From Escherichia phage GEP001: a stretch of DNA of 64,000 nt. The DNA is taken from sequence record PV173775. One strand, given 5' to 3'. Positions 28,819 to 47,204 of this stretch are shown in pieces; the first letter of the stretch is position 1; every line of letters starts with the position of its first letter. Both the position numbers and the translations under genes were made by a program. The notes beneath the pieces are model-generated. The model did not search any database, had not been told where the DNA came from, and saw nothing but the letters and a program-made list of their open reading frames with translations.

Positions 28819-30384
28819 TTAGATACCTTTAACATATACACGGCGGAAGTAAGCGTTTTTACCAAGGCTATTCAGAATAGAAGGCATACCGCTCTGGATG
28901 CGAGAAGCCGGAGCCTGAGCAGCGGATTCTGCAAATGGGTTGATACCGATACCGTAACGAGTTTTGAATCCCATTACTGGTTGGAAGTTCTTCGGATCAG
29001 AACCACGCAGCGGAGTCAGAGCTACATATGGAGCATAGTAAATACCAGCATCCATTTCGTTCGGACCTTTATAACCTACAGTGAAATAATCCTGTTTAGC
29101 ATACTGGTCGATATATACACGGTATTTACCACCCAGAACACCAGCAAATACTGACTTGGTAGTATCAGTGTTAAAGCCGGTAGCCAGACCCTGTGCAGCA
29201 TAAGAAATGCCAGTATCAACTGAAGCCAGAACGTTAACTACGTTACGGGAAGCGATAATGAAGTTACCTTCACCACGACCGGTCTGACGAGCAATTTCAA
29301 CTGCTTCTTTGTCAATCTGGAACAACAGAGCTTTAAAGGATTCACCCGCCCAGCGAGCACCACGAATATCAATCGGATCCTGGAAGTCAAATACACCAGC
29401 TTTAGAACCCGGAGTCAGGGTCATACCAGATTTACCAACCTGAGCTGAGTAGTTAATCCAATCAACAACTTCACGGTTGATTTCCAGCATGATTTCGGTA
29501 GCCAGAATACCAGACAGTTCAGCATCAGCATCCATACCGTGAACAGCGCGGAGGTCTTGTGCTAATTCGATAGAGTAAGCAGCTTTCAGCTGACGAGATT
29601 TAGCTTCGATAACTTGTTTATCGATACGGAAGCCCATTTCATTCCATGGGTTATCGGTAGAACCGTTGAAACCTTCCTGGAGTTCAGCGATAGAAGTAGC
29701 CATACCTTCAGCGATTTCTACCAATGCACCAGCTTCCATTTGTTTCTTAATTTCAGCATCTAATTTAGCTGCATCAGTTGCGCTTGCACTAATTGTTACT
29801 TGAGCAGAAGCCTGCAGATACACAGTACCAGTGTCCTGGAAGAAGTGAGTATAGATATCACCTACTGTGGTTTCTGTGCTAGCAGCCAGAGCCGGGAATT
29901 TCTTAGCAGCGCCCTGACCAGAGAACATTGCATCTGGACCATACATTGGGTGGAATGCTTCTTTAGCGCCGGCAGCGATTGGGTCTTTACCATATACTGC
30001 GCGCAGTGCGAATACCTGACCGGTCGGGCTGTTCATCGGCTGAACACCGCAAATATCGAAAGCAATCAGGTTAGGAATAGCACGACGTACCATACCCATA
30101 ACAGCTGGGCCAATCTGAGTTACTGCGCCAGAAGTCTGACCAGCAGCGATGTTAGTAGCGTTGTAACCGTGGTCACCACCGATTTCAGCTTCTGTTAAGA
30201 AAGAACCGAATGCCTGAGCAATTTTTTCGTCTTTGTACTCTGGAGCTGTCTGGAAATCTTTTTCCTGGTTTTCAAAGATTTTAGCGATAATCGCTTGTTT
30301 GCTATTAGCAATTTCCGGTAAACCTTCACCTTCCAGTAATGGCTTCCATTTGTTCAAAAGTTCAGCTTTAGTTTTGATAGTCAT
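28819..30384 (-). CDS. 23: major capsid protein
   Basis: 521 aa as T4 gp23; MTIKTKAELLNKWKPLLEGEG... recognised. Confidence 0.95.
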   Translation of the reverse strand: MTIKTKAELLNKWKPLLEGEGLPEIANSKQAIIAKIFENQEKDFQTAPEYKDEKIAQAFGSFLTEAEIGGDHGYNATNIAAGQTSGAVTQIGPAVMGMVRRAIPNLIAFDICGVQPMNSPTGQVFALRAVYGKDPIAAGAKEAFHPMYGPDAMFSGQGAAKKFPALAASTETTVGDIYTHFFQDTGTVYLQASAQVTISASATDAAKLDAEIKKQMEAGALVEIAEGMATSIAELQEGFNGSTDNPWNEMGFRIDKQVIEAKSRQLKAAYSIELAQDLRAVHGMDADAELSGILATEIMLEINREVVDWINYSAQVGKSGMTLTPGSKAGVFDFQDPIDIRGARWAGESFKALLFQIDKEAVEIARQTGRGEGNFIIASRNVVNVLASVDTGISYAAQGLATGFNTDTTKSVFAGVLGGKYRVYIDQYAKQDYFTVGYKGPNEMDAGIYYAPYVALTPLRGSDPKNFQPVMGFKTRYGIGINPFAESAAQAPASRIQSGMPSILNSLGKNAYFRRVYVKGI

Positions 30385-30402
30385 TTGTGTTAACCTTTAA
30401 AA

Positions 30403-31212
30403 TTAGAAACGAGATGCGACTTTCGCATATACACTTACAATATCTTCTGCACCAGGTGCAGCTTTATCTTCTACAGCTTCAGTGACGAAATTCAGTCCGG
30501 CTGCTTCAGTATCAGGAGTATTTATACCCTCAGTAATAGTGCTTTCATCTTTATTAGACTTCTTCACCATTTCTACGATGGCACTCAATTTATTTGAGAA
30601 TTCATCTGAATAATCCATACCTTCGACCAGAGCAGAGACTTTTTCTTTTTGAGACTCAGTCAGATCTTTAGTACTTTCGCTCAATGCCACTTCACGCTGC
30701 ACATAATTGATATATGCGTCGCGCATATTGAGTTCTTCGAACAGACGAGCTGATTCTTCTTTATGTTCTTGCAGCTCTTCTTCCATTTCAGCCACAACAT
30801 CAACTGATTCTTCTGGAACAACAACGTTGTGTTCAACAAAGAGCTCTTTTAATCCACCAAGCATGGATTCAAACAGTTCGGCTTTGATGCCTTTATCAAC
30901 TGCTAATTTATTTTCAGCGAGCCATTCTTTCGCAAGATGGTCAATGAATTTAGAAGCTTGCTCAGCGATTTTCTTCTCAGCTTTTTCTTCGGCTTCTTCT
31001 TTATTTTTTTCTACTTCTTCTTCTGCTTTTTCAGCAATTTTAGCGATATGAGATTCAGCTAATTTAACGGCGTGCTGCTTGACGGTAGCTTCGAATACAG
31101 TGCCGAAAGTTTCTTTTGCTTCCGGAGAAATATTAACTGATTCGAAAATACTATCAAGAGCAACGGAAGCATCAATTTTTTGCGCTTCAGCAATCAGTTG
31201 TTCTTTAAGCAT
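30403..31212 (-). CDS. 22: prohead core scaffold protein
   Basis: 269 aa, Glu/Lys/Ala-rich, as T4 gp22. Confidence 0.9.
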   Translation of the reverse strand: MLKEQLIAEAQKIDASVALDSIFESVNISPEAKETFGTVFEATVKQHAVKLAESHIAKIAEKAEEEVEKNKEEAEEKAEKKIAEQASKFIDHLAKEWLAENKLAVDKGIKAELFESMLGGLKELFVEHNVVVPEESVDVVAEMEEELQEHKEESARLFEELNMRDAYINYVQREVALSESTKDLTESQKEKVSALVEGMDYSDEFSNKLSAIVEMVKKSNKDESTITEGINTPDTEAAGLNFVTEAVEDKAAPGAEDIVSVYAKVASRF

Positions 31213-31239
31213 TTTGTAGTCCTGTTGTTTAGATAATAA

Positions 31240-31247
31240 TATTTATA
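31240..31247 (-). promoter_or_regulatory. late promoter TATAAATA for gene 22
   Basis: TATTTATA on + strand, 28 nt upstream of gene 22 ATG. Confidence 0.6.
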
Positions 31248-31881
31248 ACGCTTTTTTCATGGCCTCTGCGAGAGCCATATAGGCGTCATCGGCACTTGTA
31301 TCGGCTTCCGCCGTCTGTGATTCGGTAATTTCCTTAGGAGTTACCCATGCATCTGGAGCACTTGGACCCCATACTGCATCAACACCTACAGTTAATTTGA
31401 ATCCTTCGTTTACGATACGATAACCTTTATTTGTGTCAGTCAATGAACCTAATCCACGAGAAGAAACTCCTGGAATCCATCCGGCACGAATATTAGCTGC
31501 TAATTTATCTCCAGGACCGTGGTCACCTTCAATAACACGAGCTCGTCCGTATACGTCATTTCCTTTCCACCACATATCTTCTATAATGATAGCGGCTTGC
31601 ATCGGGTCAACATTAGCGCGTGGAGGATGATTTAATTCTCCGAGAGCTTGTTTAGTTAAAACTTGCTCATTAATATAGTCTTTTACCGCTTTTTCTAATA
31701 TGCGTTTTGGATAAAGACGTTTATTTCTATTGACGACTTCTGCTTGCATGAATATTCCTTCGATGTATAAACCCGGTTTTAAACCTAAGTCTTTTCCATC
31801 GTGGGATTCAAGCATTGGCACACCATCAATAATTTCGCCAGGTTGACCCCAAGTTTCAATTAGTAATTGGGGTTCATTCAT
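31243..31881 (-). CDS. 21: prohead core protein / prohead protease
   Basis: 212 aa as T4 gp21. Confidence 0.9.
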   Translation of the reverse strand: MNEPQLLIETWGQPGEIIDGVPMLESHDGKDLGLKPGLYIEGIFMQAEVVNRNKRLYPKRILEKAVKDYINEQVLTKQALGELNHPPRANVDPMQAAIIIEDMWWKGNDVYGRARVIEGDHGPGDKLAANIRAGWIPGVSSRGLGSLTDTNKGYRIVNEGFKLTVGVDAVWGPSAPDAWVTPKEITESQTAEADTSADDAYMALAEAMKKAL

Positions 31882-32306
31882 TAGCTTAATCCTAATGCTT
31901 TACGGCGTTTAAGAGCTTTTTTACGCTTACGCTGAGCACGAGATTGACCTGCTGGATTGGCAATCTTCGTTTTGGTAGCTTTGCGAGCAATTTGTCTACG
32001 TTTTGCTTTAGACAGCCCAGTGGTTTGAAATGCATTACGTTCGCGTGTTTTGCGGTCTTTAGTACGTGTAATTTCACCACGAGCTGAAACGTGCTTAACA
32101 ATGAATTCATTTAACGGCATGTTTTCATTAATAGAAGCTAATGCAACTGCTAAATCAGTTTCATCATCAAGCATATTCTCGACAATTGTATTTATATCGT
32201 CTTTATTTAAAGCAGAAGACAATTCGTCAAAGCGACCCTGTGCTTCAGGAATAAGTGCTTCGACATTCTCGAGAACTAATTCATGAGTTTCAGGGATCAG
32301 AAGCAT
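31881..32306 (-). CDS. 68: prohead core protein
   Basis: 141 aa as T4 gp68; TAATG overlap with gene 67. Confidence 0.85.
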
Positions 32307-32535
32307 TATTCATCATCCTCGTCTTCGTCATCTTCGTCTTTTTTGTCGTCTTTATCATCACCGTCTTCGTCATCATCCTCGTCTTCAGGTTCTTCACCTT
32401 CGATTAAGAAATTACGAGCGATAGCGATTTTTTCTTCTTTAATTAAATCAATCGTTCTTGCAGCCATGGCTTCAGCAAATAATTTACGAGCGGCTACGAG
32501 GTCGTTTGATTTAATAGCTTCAATTAAACCTTCCA

Positions 32536-32536
<1 letters not shown>
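32306..32536 (-). CDS. 67: prohead core protein with acidic C-terminal tail
   Basis: 76 aa; C-terminus [26 protein letters not shown]. Confidence 0.85.
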
Positions 32537-34161
<1,625 letters not shown>

Positions 34162-34193
34162 TTAAGCAGGATGGGGATTTCTCCCCATTCATT

Positions 34194-34685
34194 TTATTCC
34201 CAATAATCGAGAGCGAGAGTTACTTCAAAGGTTTGGATTTCATTGTTTGAATCCCAATCTAACTGAAGTTCACCCACGTTAGTAGGCCACAGGCCTTTAA
34301 TTTCGACTTCTTTTGTTACAGTTTTAGCGTCACGAGCATATTGGCGTACAATAGCACTCTTTTTATACTCTGCTGGTTTTCCACCAGTAATTTCGTTTCC
34401 TTGCCCAGCAGCAATGCTTTGCCAATCAACAAACTTCTGACGTGCATCATGCGCCTCATCATTCATTACTGTAATAGTCCAGTCATCGAATGTACGATCG
34501 CCTGCTACGTTAATTTTACGGTTCATAAATCCGACTGGAATTTTTTCTACAATACCAGCTGGTAAAGCAGTGGCTTTACATTGAAACGTAAAATTTTGTC
34601 CAAGATAAGAAATTTCTACTTGGAATAAGTTAGGTCGAGCAAAATCACCAGATTCAAACGCTCGTGTTACATCATCTACAAACAT
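34194..34685 (-). CDS. 19: tail tube protein
   Basis: 163 aa as T4 gp19. Confidence 0.92.
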   Translation of the reverse strand: MFVDDVTRAFESGDFARPNLFQVEISYLGQNFTFQCKATALPAGIVEKIPVGFMNRKINVAGDRTFDDWTITVMNDEAHDARQKFVDWQSIAAGQGNEITGGKPAEYKKSAIVRQYARDAKTVTKEVEIKGLWPTNVGELQLDWDSNNEIQTFEVTLALDYWE

Positions 34686-34699
34686 ATTAGCCTCTGTAG

Positions 34700-34707
34700 T
34701 ATTTATA
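34700..34707 (-). promoter_or_regulatory. late promoter TATAAATA for gene 19 (proximal)
   Basis: TATTTATA on + strand 15 nt upstream of ATG; a second copy lies at 34759-34766. Confidence 0.5.
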
Positions 34708-34758
34708 TCCCTATGTTTAACCTAGGGCATATAGAATTAAAGAATTAAGGATATAGTG

Positions 34759-34766
34759 TATTTATA
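34759..34766 (-). promoter_or_regulatory. late promoter TATAAATA for gene 19 (distal)
   Basis: TATTTATA on + strand next to hairpin 34768-34785. Confidence 0.5.
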
Positions 34767-34801
34767 TGGCCTGCCGAAACAGGCCTTTAGAATGCACCGT
34801 A

Positions 34802-36781
34802 TTAACCTGCAAGACCAGTTAACTCATCGAAATCTGCACCTGTAGCAGTTGCTACGAAGTTCAAGGTAATGTAGTTAATGCTTCTAGCCGGTTGGATGTA
34901 GAATGTTGCAACAAACTCATTTCTATCAATTACTGACGGAGTGTTATTTGTTGTATCGCAAACTACACGATATTCATAAATTCCACCGAGAGCTTTAATT
35001 CCCTGTAAGTATTGGGCAGTTTCTGTGCGGAATGATGAACGAGTAAACGCGTTGTTTAATTCGAACAAACGATATTTTGAACTACGTCCGATATTCGTTT
35101 TCAACATATTAAACAGACGACGAACGTTAATACGATCAAATGGAGAAGGAACAGAAGTAGCTGTTTTATCACCATATAATACGTAACCATCACCACCTGT
35201 ACCAGTTACTGGGTTGATAGCTTCTTGATATAAACGGTCGCGCTGAGCTTGGCGAGTTTCAATAGCAAGTTTAATAACGTTAAGAATCTGGCCGCGATTA
35301 TAACCAGCTGGAGACATCCAAGTCTGAGAAACGTTATCGGTTCTTGCACATAAACCGGCAATATCAGCTGCTAATGGAACCCAGCGATTGACATCATTAT
35401 ATTTGTCATACTGATATTTGTAGTTACCATCAATTGCTGCGTAGGTTGAACTGATATTAAAGTTATTATCAGTGTATGAACCTGTTGCGGTTCTCCAATT
35501 GACTAAGTTGTCAACAGCGCGAGTTACAGGAATTCCAACTACAGTTTCGCGCGGTGGTGAGCACAATACTAAGCAATCCTGGCGAGCATCCCCAATCGAA
35601 ACGACGTGTTTTTGGACAGTAGATGCTGTTTCCAAAGATTCACCGGCACAAGAACCCGCAATAAACAACTGAACGTCAACAGATTCACGGTCAGCAAAGA
35701 AGTCCCAAGCTTCCATCAAATCTCCTGCTGTTACTTCAGCATTTGATGATAATCCACCAGACAGAGTTAAAATTCCAGAGAATCCTTCTGGCCAGTTTTG
35801 TGCAGTTGCGAAAATATATTCTGAACCGCCTTTTGCGAAAAAGTCATCAATGTAGATGTTACTATCGTAAATATCTTTTTCACCACGCTTTGTTGAAAGA
35901 ACAACGCTTTGAACAATAGCATCATTACGACGAACTATAATAGCGTATTGCGAATCAGTTTGTGGTCCATATCCAAACACTGCCTTAGCAGTAGATGCGC
36001 GTGTTCCGCCACCTGGATAAATTGGGAGTAATGCAGAAGCTCCTTTTGCGTAGTCAGCTTTAGATACGATTTCAATTTCGATTTTATCGCCCAACTCGCC
36101 TGGATAAAGAGCTACTACTCCTGGAATTCCATATTTTTCGAGATTTGTTTGAAATTCAACTGCTGTCATAGCAGCTTCAGCATTTTCAATCTCAGCTAAT
36201 AAAATACCGGAATCAGTAATAATTTTTCCAAGAGTTATTACTGCAGCTAAACCAGATGAAGACGAAGAAATTTCCGCGGTCCAGTTAGAACCTAATGCTG
36301 GATATTCACCGACTTCTTTCGCTTTAGCGATAATTTTTGCAGTAGGAATATTAATTTTCTTAATTTTTCCATCAGCATCTACTTCGGTAATTTTACCTTC
36401 CGTTTCAATGTCTTCTGAAACATACTTAACTGTGATTTTATCTCCAACCGCGTAGTTACTACCTGGGGTAGAAATAGTGTATTCAATATTACCAGCAATC
36501 GGAGATGAGTTTTTAGCGGTATCTCTATCGACAGCACGCACAACTCGCAAATCATTTCCGTATTGTAAGAAATTCATTGCAGACATAAAATAATCAGCAG
36601 TTTCAGCTGTAGGTTGACCAAAAGTATTAACTAAATCTACTTCATTTGTAACCTGTTTGATCTGAAAAGCAGGACCCCACTGGAATTTACCGGCCAAAGC
36701 TGCTGTACCAGTAGAGTTATTAACCACGGTGCTTTGAACCGTAGTTTCTTTGAGCTCAATGCCCGGAGATAATAAAGTCAT
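34802..36781 (-). CDS. 18: tail sheath protein
   Basis: 659 aa as T4 gp18. Confidence 0.93.
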   Translation of the reverse strand: MTLLSPGIELKETTVQSTVVNNSTGTAALAGKFQWGPAFQIKQVTNEVDLVNTFGQPTAETADYFMSAMNFLQYGNDLRVVRAVDRDTAKNSSPIAGNIEYTISTPGSNYAVGDKITVKYVSEDIETEGKITEVDADGKIKKINIPTAKIIAKAKEVGEYPALGSNWTAEISSSSSGLAAVITLGKIITDSGILLAEIENAEAAMTAVEFQTNLEKYGIPGVVALYPGELGDKIEIEIVSKADYAKGASALLPIYPGGGTRASTAKAVFGYGPQTDSQYAIIVRRNDAIVQSVVLSTKRGEKDIYDSNIYIDDFFAKGGSEYIFATAQNWPEGFSGILTLSGGLSSNAEVTAGDLMEAWDFFADRESVDVQLFIAGSCAGESLETASTVQKHVVSIGDARQDCLVLCSPPRETVVGIPVTRAVDNLVNWRTATGSYTDNNFNISSTYAAIDGNYKYQYDKYNDVNRWVPLAADIAGLCARTDNVSQTWMSPAGYNRGQILNVIKLAIETRQAQRDRLYQEAINPVTGTGGDGYVLYGDKTATSVPSPFDRINVRRLFNMLKTNIGRSSKYRLFELNNAFTRSSFRTETAQYLQGIKALGGIYEYRVVCDTTNNTPSVIDRNEFVATFYIQPARSINYITLNFVATATGADFDELTGLAG

Positions 36782-36809
36782 TTTTAATCCTCTTTAATAT
36801 GCTTTAATA

Positions 36810-39950
<3,141 letters not shown>

Positions 39951-39991
39951 GATTTCTCCTAATCTGGGCTTTAATTAGTTTATAATATTTA

Positions 39992-41693
<1,702 letters not shown>

Positions 41694-41722
41694 TTAAAAA
41701 TCCTTTGGGGCCTTGCGGCCCC
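41694..41722 (-). terminator. hairpin terminator downstream of wac
   Basis: GGGGCC-TTGC-GGCCCC; on - strand followed by AAAGGATTTTT. Confidence 0.5.
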
Positions 41723-41725
41723 ATG

Positions 41726-43183
41726 TTATGCTGGTGATAAAAAGGTAGAAAGTAGTACCCATTCGCCGTCTTTACGAACGTAAGCTTGACCATCCTTTGG
41801 AGCTTCAGGAATATAACCTGCTTCCTGTAAAGTCTGAACATCCCCCTGTAATGAAGATACATTACTTTTAATACTACGCATTTCTTGATTAATAGAAGAA
41901 ATGTTAGTTTCATTAGCTTTTATTGAATTAGTTAATCCGCGCTCTTCTACCGTTGAACCATTTGGATTTGTGCCGCTTACTAGTTTATTTAGTGCAACAA
42001 CTTGGCCTTTAATTCCAGTAGTGTTATTACCAATTTCAACTTGTAAGTTTTGAACATCATTGTTCAGTCTATTAACTGAAGTTTCAATAGTTGAAACCCT
42101 ATTTAAAAGAGACCCAGGAGGAGAAGGCTGACCTCCGCTAGAATCAGTTCCAACGATTTGATTTAACCATGAAACGTTTGCTCGTAGTCCAGATGAAGTG
42201 TTTTCACCAACAATTCCATTTAAAAACTCAATAGATGTTGTATTATCTTTAATTCTACCTTTAATACTAGAAGGAATATCATCTGAGCCAATTGACGTTT
42301 CAATGACAGTCAATCGTTGTTTAATACCTCCGCTTTTATTTAGTTCATCATTTAAAGCTGAAACTTCTCGTGTATTAGTGTTAACATCTGTGATTATTGA
42401 AGTATTTCCTGGATATCCAATAGAAGTTTTGATAGATTTAATTTCGGAACTAAGATTAATTTGAGATTGATCTAAATTATGCACACGTGAATATATGCTT
42501 TCACTGAATGAAGATGGTCTTTGTCCAAGTTCTTGTCTAAGATTTCCGACTTCAATTGTCAGTGAACCTACATCAGATTCAATAAATTTTTCTTCCAAAT
42601 CACTTAGACGTATTCCTTGGGAAGTTATAGCATCTGTATTATTAATGATGCGGTGCTTCATACCCGTGCTGCTATTTCCTACAACAGGAAGACCATTAAT
42701 GTCTTGCCCAGCATATTGTCCTAATTCCCTTTTAATCCATAACAAATCATTTCTAATTGTTCTATAAACTGAATTTGCTTGCGAATTAAATGGACCAATA
42801 TCAGAAAGAATATTATCAACCGTAGTATTTGTACCATTTAATATATCAGTATGTTCATTCGTGAGTGTCTTTAAATTTGATATATCATTTTTATTAACAC
42901 TGATCTGTGATAGCGCTTCTATATCTCCTGATACATCTAAAATGCCTTGAATGGTTTTAATATCTTCCTGAGATGTTTCAATGGCAGTTTTAAGAATTCC
43001 TACATTTTCGTCGAGAACCTCGACATTTTTAAACACAGAAACAGTTGGTCTATTCATTGACCCATCGTTTCCATACTTAGTACTAGCTCCTAATATTTCT
43101 TCACCATTTTTAATCCATGAAATACGTTCCTGACCTTCGCCAGGAACGCTATCAACAAAAGGTAACTCTTTTAATTCAATCAT
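41726..43183 (-). CDS. wac: fibritin (whisker / neck fibre)
   Basis: 485 aa; long heptad-repeat central region; C-terminal ...[27 protein letters not shown] foldon recognised. Confidence 0.92.
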   Translation of the reverse strand: MIELKELPFVDSVPGEGQERISWIKNGEEILGASTKYGNDGSMNRPTVSVFKNVEVLDENVGILKTAIETSQEDIKTIQGILDVSGDIEALSQISVNKNDISNLKTLTNEHTDILNGTNTTVDNILSDIGPFNSQANSVYRTIRNDLLWIKRELGQYAGQDINGLPVVGNSSTGMKHRIINNTDAITSQGIRLSDLEEKFIESDVGSLTIEVGNLRQELGQRPSSFSESIYSRVHNLDQSQINLSSEIKSIKTSIGYPGNTSIITDVNTNTREVSALNDELNKSGGIKQRLTVIETSIGSDDIPSSIKGRIKDNTTSIEFLNGIVGENTSSGLRANVSWLNQIVGTDSSGGQPSPPGSLLNRVSTIETSVNRLNNDVQNLQVEIGNNTTGIKGQVVALNKLVSGTNPNGSTVEERGLTNSIKANETNISSINQEMRSIKSNVSSLQGDVQTLQEAGYIPEAPKDGQAYVRKDGEWVLLSTFLSPA

Positions 43184-43192
43184 TTGTAATCC

Positions 43193-44743
43193 TTAGTAAT
43201 GAATTTTAATAATATAGTTTAATGATATATTCCATGGTCTAGTTTCATAACCAATTAATCCTTCACGATTAAGTGTACCAAGGGCATCTCTCGGTCCACC
43301 CAATTCAAATCCATCATTAGTGAAGTATGAAGCATTATCCCAGTCGGAATATTTTCTAGTTCCAAGATATCCTTGATAAACGGACGCGCCAAATGGAGCT
43401 TCATGTCTTTGGTATTCTCCCCAACCACCAGCGTGTTTATGGTATGACATTTGTTGTGCCTGAACACCACCAACATGCATTCCGTCACATCCTACGCCAA
43501 GTCTATCCTTCCCATAACCATCTTGTCCACGTTGATTTAAAATATGACCGCCCGTGCCAGCTCCTCTAACAAAAAGACCTCTCATATCAGGAATCCCTGG
43601 ATTATTCCAATCACCACCAAATCTTGCTCCAACCGTGTTTCTATAATCAGGATATTGATCTCCTGACACGGTTCCGCCGTGGCACATAATCCAACCCGGA
43701 GGTGCTGAATCACCCGCAAACATCATAATAGTTCCGACTGGAACCCTTTCGGACGCATATCTTTCAGTGGCAACAGGTTGATCGCCATTTTTCCACATTC
43801 CGCCGCGTGACCAAATTCCGTTTGCTGTAAGATGGTCTAAATTTAAAGAACCATTAATAGTTTGTCCACCACGAGTATTAATTACATCTGCGTTCCATGC
43901 TAATGCACCAGAGCTATCACCTTCAGGGGCAATACCGGCTTGCGTCGTTAATTTAACTACTCCACGCATAGAACCAGTAGCTCCTCGACCATTTAGTGTT
44001 TCACCTGTTACTGCAACATCTCCTAAATTACTGTTAATTTCCGATTGTGTTCCTAAACGTATAACACCCTTATATTCTTGTGTTGCAACAGAATTCATAA
44101 AGGTATACGGAGAAATTGCATATCCTTCGCGGAGAGTTCCTTGACGAGTTTGCGCAACAGTAGATAATTGAACTACACCTCTCACAGATTCTGATGCAGT
44201 ATCTTCGGAAGGAGCTATTTGTGAAATTAATTTTATTGCAAGTTTTTGGGTTTTTAATGGAGTCATTGCCGTAGTATCATCTACACCAGCTAAAGCTGCA
44301 GGTGTAGATGATATTTTAATAACCCCGTTTGATGACTCAGACGAATATCTATTTTGGAACACATCGTCAGTATGATATTTCAGTTTTTGCGGCGTTATTG
44401 ATGAATTATTATCTGAACCTTCTAATGTTTCTTCATTTGTTGAATAACGCGTTAAACCATATTTAGTTTCAGTAGCATTTGGATACAATAATCTTGTTGC
44501 TAATGTAGCTGGTGTAACGATTTTAGAATTATTAGTTCCATCTAAAACCTCTTGCTCTGACGCAATCATTGCTATTCCTTTAACTTCCATAGTTGCATCA
44601 GGAATACCATTTACGCCGATATTACTTATTTTTGATAATGCAGACTGCACTGTCGTGACAGTGTCAGGAAAATTCGATCCAGTAGGATCGAATTTAACAT
44701 ATTTTGATTCATTTGATACGTGCTGATATGTATTGTTACTCAT
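43193..44743 (-). CDS. 12: short tail fibre protein
   Basis: 516 aa; position between wac and 11. Confidence 0.88.
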   Translation of the reverse strand: MSNNTYQHVSNESKYVKFDPTGSNFPDTVTTVQSALSKISNIGVNGIPDATMEVKGIAMIASEQEVLDGTNNSKIVTPATLATRLLYPNATETKYGLTRYSTNEETLEGSDNNSSITPQKLKYHTDDVFQNRYSSESSNGVIKISSTPAALAGVDDTTAMTPLKTQKLAIKLISQIAPSEDTASESVRGVVQLSTVAQTRQGTLREGYAISPYTFMNSVATQEYKGVIRLGTQSEINSNLGDVAVTGETLNGRGATGSMRGVVKLTTQAGIAPEGDSSGALAWNADVINTRGGQTINGSLNLDHLTANGIWSRGGMWKNGDQPVATERYASERVPVGTIMMFAGDSAPPGWIMCHGGTVSGDQYPDYRNTVGARFGGDWNNPGIPDMRGLFVRGAGTGGHILNQRGQDGYGKDRLGVGCDGMHVGGVQAQQMSYHKHAGGWGEYQRHEAPFGASVYQGYLGTRKYSDWDNASYFTNDGFELGGPRDALGTLNREGLIGYETRPWNISLNYIIKIHY

Positions 44744-45399
44744 GCTATTCTCTCAAAATAATAAAATACCGTAGGTTGTGTGTGACTATCTAGCGTGACA
44801 GTTTGCGCACCTAATAATTGCCAAGTTCCGTATCCAGGTTTAGAAGGAGAAATTATTTCCTGTTTGAAAGTAATTCCTTTATCAGAGTATTGTTCTAAGA
44901 TATGTTCTTGGTTATCTAAATACTTAACTTGTATTTTATTTCCTATGGTAGGATGGTCTTCAAATGAATCAATTGCAATAAATTTTGCAACCATTTCCTG
45001 TAGAGCTGTTCTAACGGCACTGGTAAATTCGATTGAAGTCATTCCGTTGGTAGCTTTAACAGGAATGCCAAACATGTTAACAATAACTGGGTCACCTGGT
45101 TTGGCTGAAGTATCATTGACAGTTCCTTCAAATGACCAATAGTCTGTTTGCTGCACGCCAGTAGGAGATACGCCACTTATATTAACTAATACAGCTCCAA
45201 CCTGTTGCTCTGCCATATTTCTAACATCATTAATAGCAGATTCTACATTTGGGTCATAAAACCCTTTTGCTATTTGTGAAATTGTTACAGCACCTACTGG
45301 CTGATTATTCATAACCGAAATATCATTTTTCTTAGTTCTAAAACCAAGAAAATCTGCTAAGCGGGAAATAACTCCCGCTTTATTATTAAGTAAACTCAT
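44740..45399 (-). CDS. 11: baseplate wedge / short-tail-fibre connector
   Basis: ORF-track start 45417 is TTG; first ATG ([14 protein letters not shown]...) gives 219 aa as T4 gp11. Confidence 0.9.
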   Translation of the reverse strand: MSLLNNKAGVISRLADFLGFRTKKNDISVMNNQPVGAVTISQIAKGFYDPNVESAINDVRNMAEQQVGAVLVNISGVSPTGVQQTDYWSFEGTVNDTSAKPGDPVIVNMFGIPVKATNGMTSIEFTSAVRTALQEMVAKFIAIDSFEDHPTIGNKIQVKYLDNQEHILEQYSDKGITFKQEIISPSKPGYGTWQLLGAQTVTLDSHTQPTVFYYFERIA

Positions 45400-47204
45400 T
45401 ATGCAATCCTTATCCAACGATATACAGTAATAGACGGTTGAATATTACTAATATTAGCAGGAGGAGTATGTGAAGAGTTTGTTGTTGCATAGTCTTCACG
45501 ATATTTTGTATATATAGGACCAGTTTCGTCTGGGTCATATTGGCAACCTCCAATAATAACCGATCCATTTTCGTCTTCAATTAAAACTCTTTCGTCGGTT
45601 TTAGTTGCAGGAAGATTTGCGTTTTCAAGCGTTACTGATGTTGTTCCAACTGTTCCACCGGCAGTATGTGAAGGATTTCCGCTAGAATCTAAATCATTAT
45701 TGTTTAAAGCAAAGTTTGGATCCGTAACATCATCATTCCATCCTACTAAAACTTGTCCTTTACCAAATAATTTCCATGAACCAAATCCCATATAAGTCAC
45801 CGGATTATTTGGATTTATAGCATTTTCATAAATTGAACCTACAGGATAAATGCTATCGAAAATAGATGATATTGAATTATACGTTCTAGTATAAGAATCA
45901 ACTTTTTCAACATTTGGCCAACCGATTTTATCAAAATCTGTTAAGGCTACATCACCAGTAACTTCGGTAGATGATCCTTTACTAACATAACGGTCATCAG
46001 TCAATTCAATAATGTCATCTTTTTCTAAAAGAGTTCCTAAATCGTTATTGAACCATGTTATAACGATAATGTCACCTGATTCAAATTTTCTATCAAATAA
46101 AAGACTGGTAGGTTTTCCATCTTCATATTCTATAGAATAATCTGTGTTTGATTCTTTCCATTCGCCACCAAGAGATATACATCCTTCTTGTGTATCTGAA
46201 CTAGCGCCTTCACACAAAAACAGAGGATATCCAGCTGTTCCAGCCTGCTGCTGTAAAATTCCATTAAAACGAACCTCAAGAGAGTTAGGATTAATGGGTT
46301 CACCAGGAATTAATCCAAATGCAGAAAATGGAATTGATTTCATCGCCGATAAATCAGTAACATAAATGCTTCCTTCTAAAGAAGTCTTTGATGTTAGTTT
46401 TGAATCTAGTACTTTTATTTGGCGTCTAGTATATGAACTTCTCCATTGTGATACACCATCCATAAATGTTTCAATTTGAACAGTGTCACCAATATTACAA
46501 GGCTGTCTTAATCGAATATTAAATCCATCAAGAGGAACTAATTCGCCTTCATTTTCGCCCGGAGAGCCAAAGTCACTGTTTTCGCTAAATACATCGCCGT
46601 AATACAATTCGTTACCACGATGTTTTACTCTGATGTTATTGACATTATAACTAGTTCCATTGAAAACATCTAAAAAGTCTGTTTGTCCTTGAACTTCAAC
46701 TAAAAATTCTTTGCGAGCTACATTACTAATGTCTGAACTAATAATTTTATCAATTTGCTTATTTTTGACATACTCCCAGCGTCCTGGAGCGCAATAAACG
46801 AGCTCTAAATCACTAAATTGAATATTAATTTCAACTGATGATGACGACCCTTTAATTGTATCTCCGGAAGCAGCTACTAGTGTAACTGGATTGATGTTCC
46901 ACGTTGCAAATACATCCCTGGCTCTAATTACCTTGTTGTAATCATTGACAGTTCCTTTAGGAAGTTGTAGAGTTACTCTTCCAGAAGAGGTATTAATAGC
47001 GTATGATTTTCCCCATTCTGCCGTTAGTGTTTGACCAGATGAAGCATCATAAGTTTTCCAGGCACCGGCTGAATATGGAACATCTCCATCACCAAGTTCA
47101 TAATAAAGCTCATCAAAGTTTTCATTTATTTTTATACCACCTTTACGCAGGTAGTCACCGGTACCATCATCAACAACATTACCGATATTAATATTTTGTT
47201 TCAT
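45399..47204 (-). CDS. 10: baseplate wedge subunit and tail pin
   Basis: 601 aa. Confidence 0.9.
   Translation of the reverse strand: MKQNINIGNVVDDGTGDYLRKGGIKINENFDELYYELGDGDVPYSAGAWKTYDASSGQTLTAEWGKSYAINTSSGRVTLQLPKGTVNDYNKVIRARDVFATWNINPVTLVAASGDTIKGSSSSVEINIQFSDLELVYCAPGRWEYVKNKQIDKIISSDISNVARKEFLVEVQGQTDFLDVFNGTSYNVNNIRVKHRGNELYYGDVFSENSDFGSPGENEGELVPLDGFNIRLRQPCNIGDTVQIETFMDGVSQWRSSYTRRQIKVLDSKLTSKTSLEGSIYVTDLSAMKSIPFSAFGLIPGEPINPNSLEVRFNGILQQQAGTAGYPLFLCEGASSDTQEGCISLGGEWKESNTDYSIEYEDGKPTSLLFDRKFESGDIIVITWFNNDLGTLLEKDDIIELTDDRYVSKGSSTEVTGDVALTDFDKIGWPNVEKVDSYTRTYNSISSIFDSIYPVGSIYENAINPNNPVTYMGFGSWKLFGKGQVLVGWNDDVTDPNFALNNNDLDSSGNPSHTAGGTVGTTSVTLENANLPATKTDERVLIEDENGSVIIGGCQYDPDETGPIYTKYREDYATTNSSHTPPANISNIQPSITVYRWIRIA

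Noticed and set aside
30707-31051. + strand Ser-rich 114-aa ORF
   Set aside because: Antisense to the Glu/Lys/Ala-rich scaffold gene 22; compositional artefact with no start signals.
34768-34785. Hairpin GGCCTG-CCGAAA-CAGGCC between genes 18 and 19 as a terminator
   Set aside because: On the - strand it is followed by the late promoter box rather than a T-run, so it is more likely an RNA-processing or stability hairpin; not annotated.
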